Assembly: GCA_043821645.1 (NCBI GenBank)
Contig: JBDRCO010000072.1
Span: forward strand, 79,962-143,961
Direction: 5' to 3'
DNA: 64,000 bases
DNA from: Pseudomonadota bacterium
Lineage (GTDB): Bacteria; Myxococcota; JACRCW01; JAFGSX01
Numbering within the stretch: the stretch's first letter is position 1; each line of letters opens with the position of its first letter. The notes under the pieces were generated by a model. That model searched no databases, had not been told where the DNA came from, and saw only the letters and a list, made by a program, of their open reading frames with translations. The position numbers were made by a program, and so were the translations under genes. Positions 36,641 to 46,055 of this stretch are shown here, in pieces.

Positions 36641-37723
36641 TCAGCCGCGACAGTTGTCGATGATAGTGCTGCCATCGGTGAAGACCTCGAGATCGCAGGT
36701 CTCGGCACTGCCCCCGACGACGTAGGTGGTGATGGTGCCCGTGGCATGGCCGCCGAGGTCGTAGTGCAGCTCGCCCTCTTGCTCCTTGGGCTGGGCCGTG
36801 AGCTCGTCGTCGAACACCCAGGTCTCGCGGTAGGCTCCACTGTATTCGATATCCTGATGCACGGTCAGGGTCGAGCCATCGGCGTAGTTCTGCGTGTAGT
36901 CGCCCTGCCCCGTGCCCGCAGGCGAGAAATCGTACTGGCCCTGGTAGTCCGGAAAGACCTCGGTGCCCAGGTCATCGTACCGGAACTCGTACCTCAAGCT
37001 GCCGTCGGGAAGCGCTGTCAGCTTCTCGCGCACACCCCAGCCGTCGGTGGTGCTGTCTATGGTCTGCTGGATGGTGCCATCGTGCTGCTCGACCTGGACC
37101 AGGGTCCAGTCCGGACTGATCTCGGTGCCCAGGTCATCGTAGCTCACGCTGCCATTGAAGCGCCCCTCGTCGTCGCTCAGGCCCTCGACCACGAACACGT
37201 GGTCCGGGTAGGCGTACACTTCGCGCAGTTCGGTCAGACCGTTGGCCAGCTCTCGGTACTCGCCCTCGAAGCCGCCGCCCTGGCTCGAGCTGCCGGTGTA
37301 GACGGTGGCGCCGGGCTCCACGGGATCTGGTCGGAAGTTGAACTCCCAGGTGACCTCACTACCGTTGCGAAGCTGGTACACGGTGCTGTAGTGACCGCTG
37401 CCGTCGCCGTTATCCACGCCCTGGGTCAGGACCCTGGCCACCTCGCCGCCCTCGGCGCAGGAATACGCCACCTCGAAGGCTCCCGTGGCATCGGTGTAGT
37501 GCTCGTAATCGGTGCTCCACTCCTGGCAGCTATCGGACTGGGCCTCACCCTCGGCGAGAGCCTTGGCCTCGATGGACGGGATGCCCCGGGCTCCGGTTTC
37601 ATTCGGGGGGGTCAGGTGTGGCACCACGGTGCCAAAGGCGTGAACCGCAGGCACACCCACGTCACAGCCGCCTGCGGCGACCGCCACCCATGCCAGCACA
37701 ACCGTCACAGACGCAATGCGCAT
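36641..37723 (-). CDS. Hypothetical lipoprotein
   Basis: Lipobox VAVAAGGCD; acidic, Gly/Tyr/Asp-rich beta-type sequence; no known motif recognised. Confidence 0.4.
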   Translation of the reverse strand: MRIASVTVVLAWVAVAAGGCDVGVPAVHAFGTVVPHLTPPNETGARGIPSIEAKALAEGEAQSDSCQEWSTDYEHYTDATGAFEVAYSCAEGGEVARVLTQGVDNGDGSGHYSTVYQLRNGSEVTWEFNFRPDPVEPGATVYTGSSSQGGGFEGEYRELANGLTELREVYAYPDHVFVVEGLSDDEGRFNGSVSYDDLGTEISPDWTLVQVEQHDGTIQQTIDSTTDGWGVREKLTALPDGSLRYEFRYDDLGTEVFPDYQGQYDFSPAGTGQGDYTQNYADGSTLTVHQDIEYSGAYRETWVFDDELTAQPKEQEGELHYDLGGHATGTITTYVVGGSAETCDLEVFTDGSTIIDNCRG

Positions 37724-37969
37724 GTCCCGTCCGTCGCGAACACCTCGACGCGGTACATGGATGCGAAACCCGGGCCATCGGGATCAGGTCCGAAGGCGCA
37801 GAAGATCCGGGCAGATCGAGAGGTGATCCGGATTTCGCCCATGATAAATGCGGCCGATTTCATCCAGAGTGGCTGATATGCTCCAGCAGCCTGGTGGATC
37901 CGAACCTCCCGCTCCTGCCCCGACAAGCGCGGATCAGGTGCGGCGCGGCTCTGCCGGGCGGAACATGGC

Positions 37970-40039
37970 TTGCTTCGCACGGAGGCGATGACGGATCGCA
38001 TGCCAACCCTGTCCTGCATCCCACGCAGCCGCGGCCTCGCCCGCGCCGCAACCCGTGTCGGGCTGGTGCTGGCCTGCGCGGTGTTCGGGGCGCCCGCCGT
38101 GGCGCAGGAGGCCGATCTGTTCGGGCTCGGCGAGGACGAGGGCGACGACGTGGCCAGTGTCCCCATGGTCATCGGTTTGCGCCCCGCCAGCGCCACCGTG
38201 CTCACCGGCGAGGATCTGCTGCGCCAGGGCTACCGCACCCTGGGCGATGCCCTGGCCGATGTGGTGGGCATCGACCTGCAGCGCACCACCCAGGAAAGGC
38301 GCTACGGCCTGCGCGGTATCCCCGACGGCATCCTGCTGGTCATCGACGGAGTGCCGACCCTGGTCGATGGCGAGCGCGACGTGCTCGACGTGGACGAGGG
38401 CCTGGATCTCAACGATGTGGAGCGGGTCGAGGTGATCCGCGGCCCGTCCTCGGCGGTCCACGGCGTGGCCTCGCTCTCCGGTGTGGTGCAGGTGACCACG
38501 CGTCGCCCCGGGCTGACCAGTGCACGGCTCCGCCTGGGCACCACCCACCTGGGCGAGCGCGAGGTCAGCGCCGACGGCACGGTGCGCTATGACGTGGCCG
38601 CCCTGCGCGCGTCGGTGCTCCACCGCGAAGGGCCCAATGGTGTGTGGCGCCTGGAGAACGTCCCCACACGCTTCATCCGGGTGGGGCGCGCGGTGGTTCC
38701 CTCGACCAAGGAGAACACCGAGATCATTCCCCAGGACGACAGCACCACCCACCTCCGGCTGACCGGCAGCATTGGAGCACTGCAGCTCGACGGGCGTTTC
38801 AGCCGCAGCGACGTGCACACTCCCATCTCCAGCTTCAGCCATGGCCTGCTGTCGACGGGCCCCCAGCAGCGGCAGCTGCGCGAACGCCAGCGCATGCAGC
38901 TGAGCTGGAACCGCCACCTGGGCCCACTGTTCGTCGAGACCTCCGCCTACGGCGCGCGCAACCTGCGCACGGACCTGATCGTGCTGTACCCGTCCCGCGG
39001 GCTGTTTCCGACGGGGGGCAGTGTCACCGTCGACAGTGAGGCCGACACTGCGGGCCTGTTGCTCACCGCGGGCGTGCCTGTGCTGCGCGACCACCGGCTG
39101 CTGCTGACCTGCTTCGGCGACCTGACCCGACAGTGGGCCGTGACCCGCGCGGTGGACCCCGAAGAGGAACGCGTGTACCCGCGACTGGTCGAGTTCGACG
39201 AGCTCACCGGCACGGCCACCGCAGCCTTCGAGTACCAGGGTGACTTCGGAGCGGGCTGGCATCTGACGGCGGGCGCCGCGGTGGAGTGGCGCACCGGCTA
39301 TGGCGCAGCCCTGGTGCCCCGGGCTTCCCTGAGCTACCTGCCGCTGTCCTGGCTCGCCCTGCGCGCATCGTACGCCGAGGGCTCGCGCACCCCGGACCGC
39401 TACGACCTGGCCTTGCTCACCCAGGCCGTGATCGCTGGCCGCGCCATCGGCGCCGGTGTCAATCCCGACCTGCAGCCCGAGCACGCGCGCAGCCTCGAGC
39501 TGGCGTTGCGTCTGGAGCCGTCGGCTCAGCTTCACGCCGAGCTTGACCTGTTTGCCTCACGCCACGAGAACGCCATCGAGCCAGAGATCGTGGGTGCGCG
39601 CATGGTGCCGCAGAACCTGCCTCCCCGGCTGGTCCTCGGCGGCGAGCTGTCGACGGAGATCGAGGCCATCCCGACCCTGCTGCACCTGGGTGCGGGTGTG
39701 GCTCTGGCACGGACCGTCGATGGACCCGCGCTGGAAAACCGCTTGCTGCTGGTGACCGCCACGGCCGAGGTGACACCCCTGACCGGTATCGCGCTGGGTG
39801 CGCGCGGCCGCGCCGGCTGGCGAGAGCAGAGCGATGCCGCATCGGGAACCTCGGGGAACGCCGAGATCTTTGGCTCGTACCGCGCCCTCGACGAGCGGCT
39901 GAGCTTCTCGCTGGTGCTGCGCAACGCCATCGATGGGCAGGACGATTCCCCGGACGTCGCCGTGCTCACCGGGACCTCTGACGTGGCCATCCCCAGCCGC
40001 GGCCGCGTGCTGTTCGTCGCCATCGAGGGCCGCCTGTGA
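37970..40039 (+). CDS. TonB-dependent outer-membrane receptor
   Basis: Signal peptide (VGLVLACAVFGAPAVAQ), plug-domain motifs (VIGLRPASATVLTGEDL, ERVEVIRGPSSAVHGVASLSGVVQVTT), long beta-barrel. Start may be 37988 or 38000. Confidence 0.65.
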   Translation: MLRTEAMTDRMPTLSCIPRSRGLARAATRVGLVLACAVFGAPAVAQEADLFGLGEDEGDDVASVPMVIGLRPASATVLTGEDLLRQGYRTLGDALADVVGIDLQRTTQERRYGLRGIPDGILLVIDGVPTLVDGERDVLDVDEGLDLNDVERVEVIRGPSSAVHGVASLSGVVQVTTRRPGLTSARLRLGTTHLGEREVSADGTVRYDVAALRASVLHREGPNGVWRLENVPTRFIRVGRAVVPSTKENTEIIPQDDSTTHLRLTGSIGALQLDGRFSRSDVHTPISSFSHGLLSTGPQQRQLRERQRMQLSWNRHLGPLFVETSAYGARNLRTDLIVLYPSRGLFPTGGSVTVDSEADTAGLLLTAGVPVLRDHRLLLTCFGDLTRQWAVTRAVDPEEERVYPRLVEFDELTGTATAAFEYQGDFGAGWHLTAGAAVEWRTGYGAALVPRASLSYLPLSWLALRASYAEGSRTPDRYDLALLTQAVIAGRAIGAGVNPDLQPEHARSLELALRLEPSAQLHAELDLFASRHENAIEPEIVGARMVPQNLPPRLVLGGELSTEIEAIPTLLHLGAGVALARTVDGPALENRLLLVTATAEVTPLTGIALGARGRAGWREQSDAASGTSGNAEIFGSYRALDERLSFSLVLRNAIDGQDDSPDVAVLTGTSDVAIPSRGRVLFVAIEGRL

Positions 40040-40911
40040 TGCTGCCCGCCCTGGCCACCGCGCTGTGCCTGGTCTTCGCTGCCGACGTCACCCCGGCCTC
40101 GCAGCCAGCCCCTGCCAGGGGCCCCGTGGTGGTGCTCGCGGATCGCGACACCCGCGCCTACAAGGAGGCGCGCGCAGGCATCGAGGCCGCCGCCGGGCGC
40201 CCGGTGCTGCTGGTGAACAGCAGCGAGACGGAGCGCTGGCATCAGCTCCAGCGCAGCCACGGCGATGCGACCTGGCTCGCCCTGGGACCCCGCGCCACCG
40301 CCCTGCTGAAGAGTTCACCCCACCCGCGCCGGGCCGCGCTGCTGGTGCAGCAGCAGGAGATACCGCCTGGTCTTGCCGCGGTCCCCCTCGAGCTGCCCTA
40401 CGCGCAGCAGGTCGCCTGGCTCAAGACCGGATTTCCGGGAAGGTTGCGCCTGGTGGTGCTGCGCCAGCCCGGTGGTCCGGTCGACGACGAGGCGCTGCGC
40501 CAGGCCGCCCAGGCGGCGGAACTGGATCTGGTCCTGGTCGACGTGCGCCGCAGCGGAGATGCGGTCCCAGCCCTGGAGGGTGCGCTGCGCGATCGTCGCC
40601 ACAGCTCGCTGCTGTGGGTCCTGCCGGATCCCGTTGCGGTGAGCACGGACACAGTGGCGCCGCTGGTGCAGGCCGCGCTCGCAGCGCGCGTACCCGTGGT
40701 CGGTTTCAGCGACTACTTCCTCCGCGTGGGCGCGCTGGGCGCGGTGGTGGTCGACTACCGTGCCGTGGGCTCCCAGGCGTACGGGATGGCGCGGGATCTG
40801 GCGACGAGCACGCAGGCTGCCGCGTCGGCGCACCTGGAGGTGGATGGCCGGCTCGCCGAGCGCCTTGGCATCGCCGTGGACAGTGGTCCCGGTGTCCAGG
40901 TGCGGAGATGA
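40036..40911 (+). CDS. Periplasmic substrate-binding-like protein
   Basis: Signal peptide MMLPALATALCLVFAA; alpha/beta pattern resembling periplasmic binding proteins that accompany two-component sensors; overlaps neighbours by 4 nt on both sides. Confidence 0.4.
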   Translation: MMLPALATALCLVFAADVTPASQPAPARGPVVVLADRDTRAYKEARAGIEAAAGRPVLLVNSSETERWHQLQRSHGDATWLALGPRATALLKSSPHPRRAALLVQQQEIPPGLAAVPLELPYAQQVAWLKTGFPGRLRLVVLRQPGGPVDDEALRQAAQAAELDLVLVDVRRSGDAVPALEGALRDRRHSSLLWVLPDPVAVSTDTVAPLVQAALAARVPVVGFSDYFLRVGALGAVVVDYRAVGSQAYGMARDLATSTQAAASAHLEVDGRLAERLGIAVDSGPGVQVRR

Positions 40912-42440
40912 ACACACCTCGTCGCTGGCGTCTGGGCCTGCGCGAACGGCTGGTGGCCGCGGTGCTGGGCGTGCTCACGGCACTGCTCGCCATCACCGCC
41001 GCGCTCGTCGTCATGCGCTCCGAGCTGGCCCTGGTCGAGGCCCAGCAGACGCGCTTCGCCGCACTCACGCGTCAGCTCGCGGACTCGCTGCGCTACGCCG
41101 TGCTGGCGCAGAGTCCCGCGCTCATGGAGCCCTCCCTCGACGTGTTCGCGCGCAGCCCCGACCTGGTGCAGGTGGAGGTGCGCGACGAGCGGCGTGCCTT
41201 GCTGGCGGTGAAGAGTGGCCCCCAGGGCCCCGTGGGTGATGGCGTCGAGCGCAGTGACGTGGTGACCGTGGAAGTTCCCGTCAACACCCGCGAGCAGGCG
41301 CCCGGCGATGAAGACGATGAGCTCGCGATCTTTGGTCTGGGCAGCGAGGGCACGCGCCTGGTGGGCTACGTGCAGGCGGTGTTCTCCACCGAGGCCACGG
41401 CACGCATCCAGGACAGGCTGCGGCGCGAGATCCTGGCGGCCTTCACGATCCTGGGCGGGCTGGGATTGCTCGCCGTGTTTGGGCTGGCGTCGTCCGTGGT
41501 GCGACGCACGCGCTTCCTGGCGCAGGCGGCGGCTCGGGTGGCTGAGGGCGACCTCGGGGTGCGCGTCGAGGACCCGGCAAGCGACGAGCTGGCAGCTCTG
41601 GCGCAGGACTTCAACGCCATGACCACCGCCCTGGCCGAGCAGCACGTCGCCCTCGACCAGGCCGCCTCGCAGCTCGCCGAACAGGAAGCGCTGAGTGCCA
41701 TTGGACGTGCCACCGCAGTCATCGCCCACGAGCTCAAGAACCCCCTGGGCATCCTGCTCGGAGCTGCCCAGATCGCGGCCAATGACGAGCGTCCCGAGAC
41801 CGCGCGGCGCAAGGCTGCGGGCATCATCGTCGAGGAGGTGCAGCGGCTCGAGCGAACCCTCAACGAGCTGCTTCACTACGCCCGTCCGCGTCCGGCCAGC
41901 CGCATGCCGGTCGACGTCCTGGAGCTGTGCCGGCGCAGCGTGCAGCGCGTGCGTTCGCCGGGCGGCCCCGCCGAGGGCGCGTCCATCGACGTGAGCGGCG
42001 AGAGCTGCACGGTGCTCGCCGACGAGCAGCAGCTGGCGCAGATCCTGCTCAACTTGCTGACCAACGCCGCCCAGGCCGGTGCCAAGCACATCGCGATCGC
42101 CGTGCAGCGCGCGGCAAGCCGCGTGCGTGTCGAGGTGCAGGACGACGGACCCGGGATCGCCCCGAGTGTGCAGGATCAGCTGTTCCGACCCTTCGTCACC
42201 ACCAAGCAGCGGGGAGCGGGCCTGGGCCTGGCTGGCTCGCGGCGCATGGCACGGGAGAACGCAGGGGACCTGCGACACGAGCCGGGCGAACAGGGCGCGC
42301 GCTTCGTGCTGGAACTCGAGATGGCCGCTCCAGGGAGCCCGCCACGACCGTCGGAACCACACACAGAGGCGTCAGAGCCAGGGCTCGACACCGCGGGGGC
42401 GGCGCACGAACGCCCTGACAAGAAAGAGGTCCAGGGATGA
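40908..42440 (+). CDS. Sensor histidine kinase (two TM, HAMP, HisKA, HATPase)
   Basis: Track ORF 39933..42440; start MNTPRRWRL (ATG 40908, ATGA overlap); H-box TAVIAHELKNPLGIL, N-box LLNLLTNAAQAG, G-boxes DDGPGI / GAGLGLAGS. Confidence 0.65.
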   Translation: MNTPRRWRLGLRERLVAAVLGVLTALLAITAALVVMRSELALVEAQQTRFAALTRQLADSLRYAVLAQSPALMEPSLDVFARSPDLVQVEVRDERRALLAVKSGPQGPVGDGVERSDVVTVEVPVNTREQAPGDEDDELAIFGLGSEGTRLVGYVQAVFSTEATARIQDRLRREILAAFTILGGLGLLAVFGLASSVVRRTRFLAQAAARVAEGDLGVRVEDPASDELAALAQDFNAMTTALAEQHVALDQAASQLAEQEALSAIGRATAVIAHELKNPLGILLGAAQIAANDERPETARRKAAGIIVEEVQRLERTLNELLHYARPRPASRMPVDVLELCRRSVQRVRSPGGPAEGASIDVSGESCTVLADEQQLAQILLNLLTNAAQAGAKHIAIAVQRAASRVRVEVQDDGPGIAPSVQDQLFRPFVTTKQRGAGLGLAGSRRMARENAGDLRHEPGEQGARFVLELEMAAPGSPPRPSEPHTEASEPGLDTAGAAHERPDKKEVQG

Positions 42441-43828
42441 CACACCGCGTGCTGCTGGTCGAGGACGAGCAGAACTACCGGCAGGTGATCGCCATGATGA
42501 TCGCCGATCTCGATGTGACGCTCATCGAGGCGGGCGATGGCCGCGAGGCTCTGGAGAAGCTGGACAGTCACGAGGTCGACCTCATCATCACCGACCTCAA
42601 CATGCCGCGCATGGACGGCATGGCCTTGCTGGCAGAGCTCAAGACCCGCCAGCTCAACCTGCCTGTCGTCGTCATCACGGCCTACGGCACGGTGGACTCG
42701 GCGGTGGAGGCCATGCGTCTGGGAGCCATCGACTACCTGCAAAAACCCTTCGAAGAAGCGCGCCTGCGCCTGACCTTGCAACGTGTGCTGCAGGTCAGTG
42801 ACCTGATGGCCGAGAACAGGCGGCTGCGCGACGCCGTGGAAAAGAAGTTCGACTTCTCACAGATCATCGGTGAGTCGGCGGCCATGGTCGCGGCGCTGAG
42901 GGTGGCCGGCCAGGTTGCGGGCACCGACGCCACGGTGCTGGTCGAAGGCGAGAGCGGCACTGGCAAGGAACTGGTGGCCCGGGCCATTCATTTCAACAGC
43001 CGGCGGGCCCGCAAACCCTTCGTGGCCGTGAACTGCGCGGCCCTGCCCGATACCTTGCTCGAGGCGGAACTCTTCGGCAGCGAGGTTGGCGCCTACACCG
43101 GAGCCACGCGCCGCCGCCGCGGCCGGGTCGAGCTGGCCCAGGGGGGAACCCTGTTCCTCGACGAGATAGGCGATATGCCGGCCATGCTGCAGGCCAAGAT
43201 CCTGCGCCTGATCCAGGAGAAGACCTACACACCGCTGGGCGGCGAGCAGGAAGCCCGCGCCGACGTGCGCTTCGTGCTGGCGACCCACCGCGACCTCAAA
43301 TCCCTGGTGGCCGAGGGCCGCTTTCGCGAGGACCTGTACTACCGGGTGAGCGGACTGCCCGTGCGTCTACCGCCCTTGAGGCAACGCGGTGACGACGTGG
43401 TGTTGCTCGCCGAGGCCCTGATCAAGCAAGCCTGCCAGAACCTGGACCGCCCTCCCCTGGAGCTGACCCCGGCCGCGCGCGATGCCCTGCGAGGCTACGG
43501 TTTCCCGGGCAACGTGCGCGAGCTGGCCAATCTGGTGGAGCGCGCCACCTTGCTGAGCGAAGGCACCACCATCGACGCGACGGACCTGGAACTCGACGAC
43601 AACCCCGCCTCGGCACCGGCAGCGGGATCGGTCCCCGGAGCCTCGACCACGGCGGTCAGCGGTGTGTTCACCCTGCCCGAGCAGGGCGTGTCTCTCGAGG
43701 AACTCGAGCGCAGCATGGTCAAGCAAGCCCTCGATCGCGCTGCGGGCAACAAGAGCCGCGCGGCCAAGTTGCTGGGCCTGTCCCGCGCCACCCTGCGCTA
43801 CCGCATCGAGAAGTTCGGGCTCGAGTGA
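42437..43828 (+). CDS. Sigma-54-dependent response regulator (NtrC family: receiver + AAA+ + HTH)
   Basis: Receiver ([14 protein letters not shown]), Walker A GESGTGKE, sigma-54 interaction motif [13 protein letters not shown], arginine finger region, C-terminal Fis-type HTH ([24 protein letters not shown]). Confidence 0.8.
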   Translation: MTHRVLLVEDEQNYRQVIAMMIADLDVTLIEAGDGREALEKLDSHEVDLIITDLNMPRMDGMALLAELKTRQLNLPVVVITAYGTVDSAVEAMRLGAIDYLQKPFEEARLRLTLQRVLQVSDLMAENRRLRDAVEKKFDFSQIIGESAAMVAALRVAGQVAGTDATVLVEGESGTGKELVARAIHFNSRRARKPFVAVNCAALPDTLLEAELFGSEVGAYTGATRRRRGRVELAQGGTLFLDEIGDMPAMLQAKILRLIQEKTYTPLGGEQEARADVRFVLATHRDLKSLVAEGRFREDLYYRVSGLPVRLPPLRQRGDDVVLLAEALIKQACQNLDRPPLELTPAARDALRGYGFPGNVRELANLVERATLLSEGTTIDATDLELDDNPASAPAAGSVPGASTTAVSGVFTLPEQGVSLEELERSMVKQALDRAAGNKSRAAKLLGLSRATLRYRIEKFGLE

Positions 43829-43896
43829 CACAGCCGGGCGCCCTGAGCCGCCGGCCGCATCCATGCTAAGCTGCACACTCCGCCCCGGAGTGCCAC

Positions 43897-46026
43897 ATGC
43901 AGGGAGTCCCTTCGAGACGATCCGCCATCGCCTGCTCGCTGGTCCTCGTGCTGGGAGCTGCGCTCCTGGCGTGCCCGCAACCCGCAGGGACCTGCAGCAC
44001 CCAGGCGCACTGTGCCACCGGCGAGCTCTGCATCGAGGGCCGGTGCCGGCAGGCCTGTGCCTCCAGTGCCGTGGATTGCCCATCTGACCAACAGTGCCAC
44101 GACGGTGTGTGCCTCCCCCTCGGCAACGCCTGTTCCAGCCCCGCCGACTGCCTAGGTATCGAGGCCTGTGTCCAGGGACTCTGCCATCTGCTGTGCAGCA
44201 CCAGCGTGCCCTGCCCGGGATCACAGCAGTGCATGCAAGGGTCCTGCATCGCGGCCACCGATGCCGCGACCCTGGACGGCTCTGGCAGCGACCAGCGCGC
44301 CCGGGACAGCGTGCAGCAAGATTCGGCTGCGGCGTCGGACCTTGGCATGTCCCCGGATGGACCGGTGTCCCGGGATGCCATGAGCGGCCAGGACAGGGCC
44401 GATGCGTCGGCCGTTGACATCGTTCGCAACGCTGACGCGACAGTCTTGTCCGATCACCCGACGGCAAGCGATGTTCCTGCCATCGTCGATGGTTCGACTG
44501 TCATCTCCGATGGCATGACTGTCCTGTCCGATGCCGGAACCGCCGACCTGGACCTGTGCAGCGATTCGGTATGTCCGGCGCCTGGTCAGTGTCACAACGT
44601 CGACGGAGGTGGGCACCAGTGTGCCTGCGGCGACGAGGTGTGTGCCAGCGGTCTGCTGTGCGTGGCCGACCGGGGCGACGCCGGCGTCGGGGACGCAGCA
44701 CCGGTGTGTTGCGCGGACGGCCTGACCAACTGCAGCAGCACCTGCGTCGACACCGCGCAGGACACGCGCCACTGCGGCGCGTGCGGCCACAGCTGTGCCT
44801 TCGGCGAGAGCTGCAGCAACGGATCGTGTGTGTGCGGTGCCACCCCCGGCTGCAACGCTGGCAGCCAGGATTGCTGTGGTGGCGTCTGCCGCGATGTGCT
44901 GACGGATCCCCTGCACTGCGGGCCCGTGGGCACAGGAATAGGCTGCTCGGCAAACTGTGTCTCGATGTCCGGGGTGGACTGCAGCCGCGCCTGCAGTCAG
45001 GCCCTGGTGACGCTGTCGGGCACCGTGTCCGGCCCCTTTGCCTTTCCGCAATATGACGTGGTGATCACCGACCTCGCCGTGACGCCCTTCGACGGGATCA
45101 ACGCGGGTGTCCTGCTGGTGACCGGCGCCAACATTCAGGTCACGGGGACCCTCGACGCCACGGGGGCCGGCTACGGCGGTGGCGGCGGTGGCGGGGGTGG
45201 CGCCGGCGGGGCGGGAGGCTACGATCAGGACCAGCTGGGTGGCGAGGGAGGCAACGCCGTCGCCGGAAGCATCGCGGGCATGGCGGGAACGGGGTGCGTG
45301 AGCGACCCGGGAAGCAGTCCTGACTGGACCTGCGAGATCCTGGGGAGTCGCCCCGGCGGCAATGGCGGCAAGGGTGGAGGCAGCTTCGGTGGGTCGGGGG
45401 GTACAGGCACCACGGCGGCCGGCGCCGGCGGCTATCTGGCCACCGGGGTCAATGGCGACAGCACGACCGACAGCCAGGTGTGGATGGGGGGTGGCGGTGG
45501 CGGCGGACGCGGCGGACGCGGCGCCGACGGCTGGAACGACTCCGGCACCTACTGCGGCGGTGGCGGTGGGGGCGGCGCCGGCGCCGGCTACCGAGGTGGC
45601 GGGGCCATCCTCCTGGTGAGTTCGGGCGAACTGGTGGTGACAGGCAGCATCCTCACCCGTGCGCAGGTGAGCTCCGTCGGCGCCAGCGGCGGCAACGGGC
45701 ACGCCTCGATGGGCTGGGAGGGTGGGGACGGTGGCCGTGGCGGCCACGCGCCCCAGGGTGGTGGCGAGGGCGGGACCGGTGGCATGGGTTGGTCGGCCTG
45801 TAGCGGTGCGGCGGCACATAGCGGCACGACCGGTGCCGCGGGCGGCGGCGGTGCCGGTGGCGGCATCCTGCTGCAAGCTGACGTCGTGAACATCGACGGG
45901 GTCCTCGACGCCCGGGGAACGGGGGACCAGCTCGCCAACAGCGGAACCATCAAGATCTTCTGGCACAACAGCTATCTGAACAACGGGGACCCGGCCACCA
46001 TTCGGGCCTTGATCGAGCAGCGGTAG
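43897..46026 (+). CDS. Cys-rich lipoprotein with Gly-rich C-terminal half
   Basis: Lipobox LVLGAALLAC; N-terminal 350 aa with about 50 Cys in EGF/defensin-like CxxxC spacing; C-terminal 300 aa dominated by GGGG/GAGG runs. Confidence 0.5.
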   Translation: MQGVPSRRSAIACSLVLVLGAALLACPQPAGTCSTQAHCATGELCIEGRCRQACASSAVDCPSDQQCHDGVCLPLGNACSSPADCLGIEACVQGLCHLLCSTSVPCPGSQQCMQGSCIAATDAATLDGSGSDQRARDSVQQDSAAASDLGMSPDGPVSRDAMSGQDRADASAVDIVRNADATVLSDHPTASDVPAIVDGSTVISDGMTVLSDAGTADLDLCSDSVCPAPGQCHNVDGGGHQCACGDEVCASGLLCVADRGDAGVGDAAPVCCADGLTNCSSTCVDTAQDTRHCGACGHSCAFGESCSNGSCVCGATPGCNAGSQDCCGGVCRDVLTDPLHCGPVGTGIGCSANCVSMSGVDCSRACSQALVTLSGTVSGPFAFPQYDVVITDLAVTPFDGINAGVLLVTGANIQVTGTLDATGAGYGGGGGGGGGAGGAGGYDQDQLGGEGGNAVAGSIAGMAGTGCVSDPGSSPDWTCEILGSRPGGNGGKGGGSFGGSGGTGTTAAGAGGYLATGVNGDSTTDSQVWMGGGGGGGRGGRGADGWNDSGTYCGGGGGGGAGAGYRGGGAILLVSSGELVVTGSILTRAQVSSVGASGGNGHASMGWEGGDGGRGGHAPQGGGEGGTGGMGWSACSGAAAHSGTTGAAGGGGAGGGILLQADVVNIDGVLDARGTGDQLANSGTIKIFWHNSYLNNGDPATIRALIEQR

Positions 46027-46055
46027 CCCCTCGCTGTGACCCGCGAGAAATCCGT

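Noticed and set aside
37724-37969. Possible riboswitch or Fur box upstream of the TonB-dependent receptor
   Set aside because: No cobalamin or TPP riboswitch core and no Fur-box-like AT-rich palindrome could be recognised by eye.
39933-40907. N-terminal 325 codons of track ORF 39933..42440
   Set aside because: Out-of-frame overlap with the TonB receptor and binding-protein genes; the kinase begins at the ATG overlapping the upstream stop.
40755-42362. 535-aa minus-strand ORF
   Set aside because: Antisense to the histidine kinase gene with H/N/G boxes.
43829-43896. Possible sigma-54 promoter downstream of the NtrC-type regulator
   Set aside because: Best candidate (cGGCCGcatccATGCt) departs from TGGCAC-N5-TTGC at several conserved positions; not reported as a feature.
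44221-45966. 581-aa minus-strand ORF
   Set aside because: Antisense to the Cys/Gly-rich lipoprotein; produced by the GC-rich Gly-codon runs.
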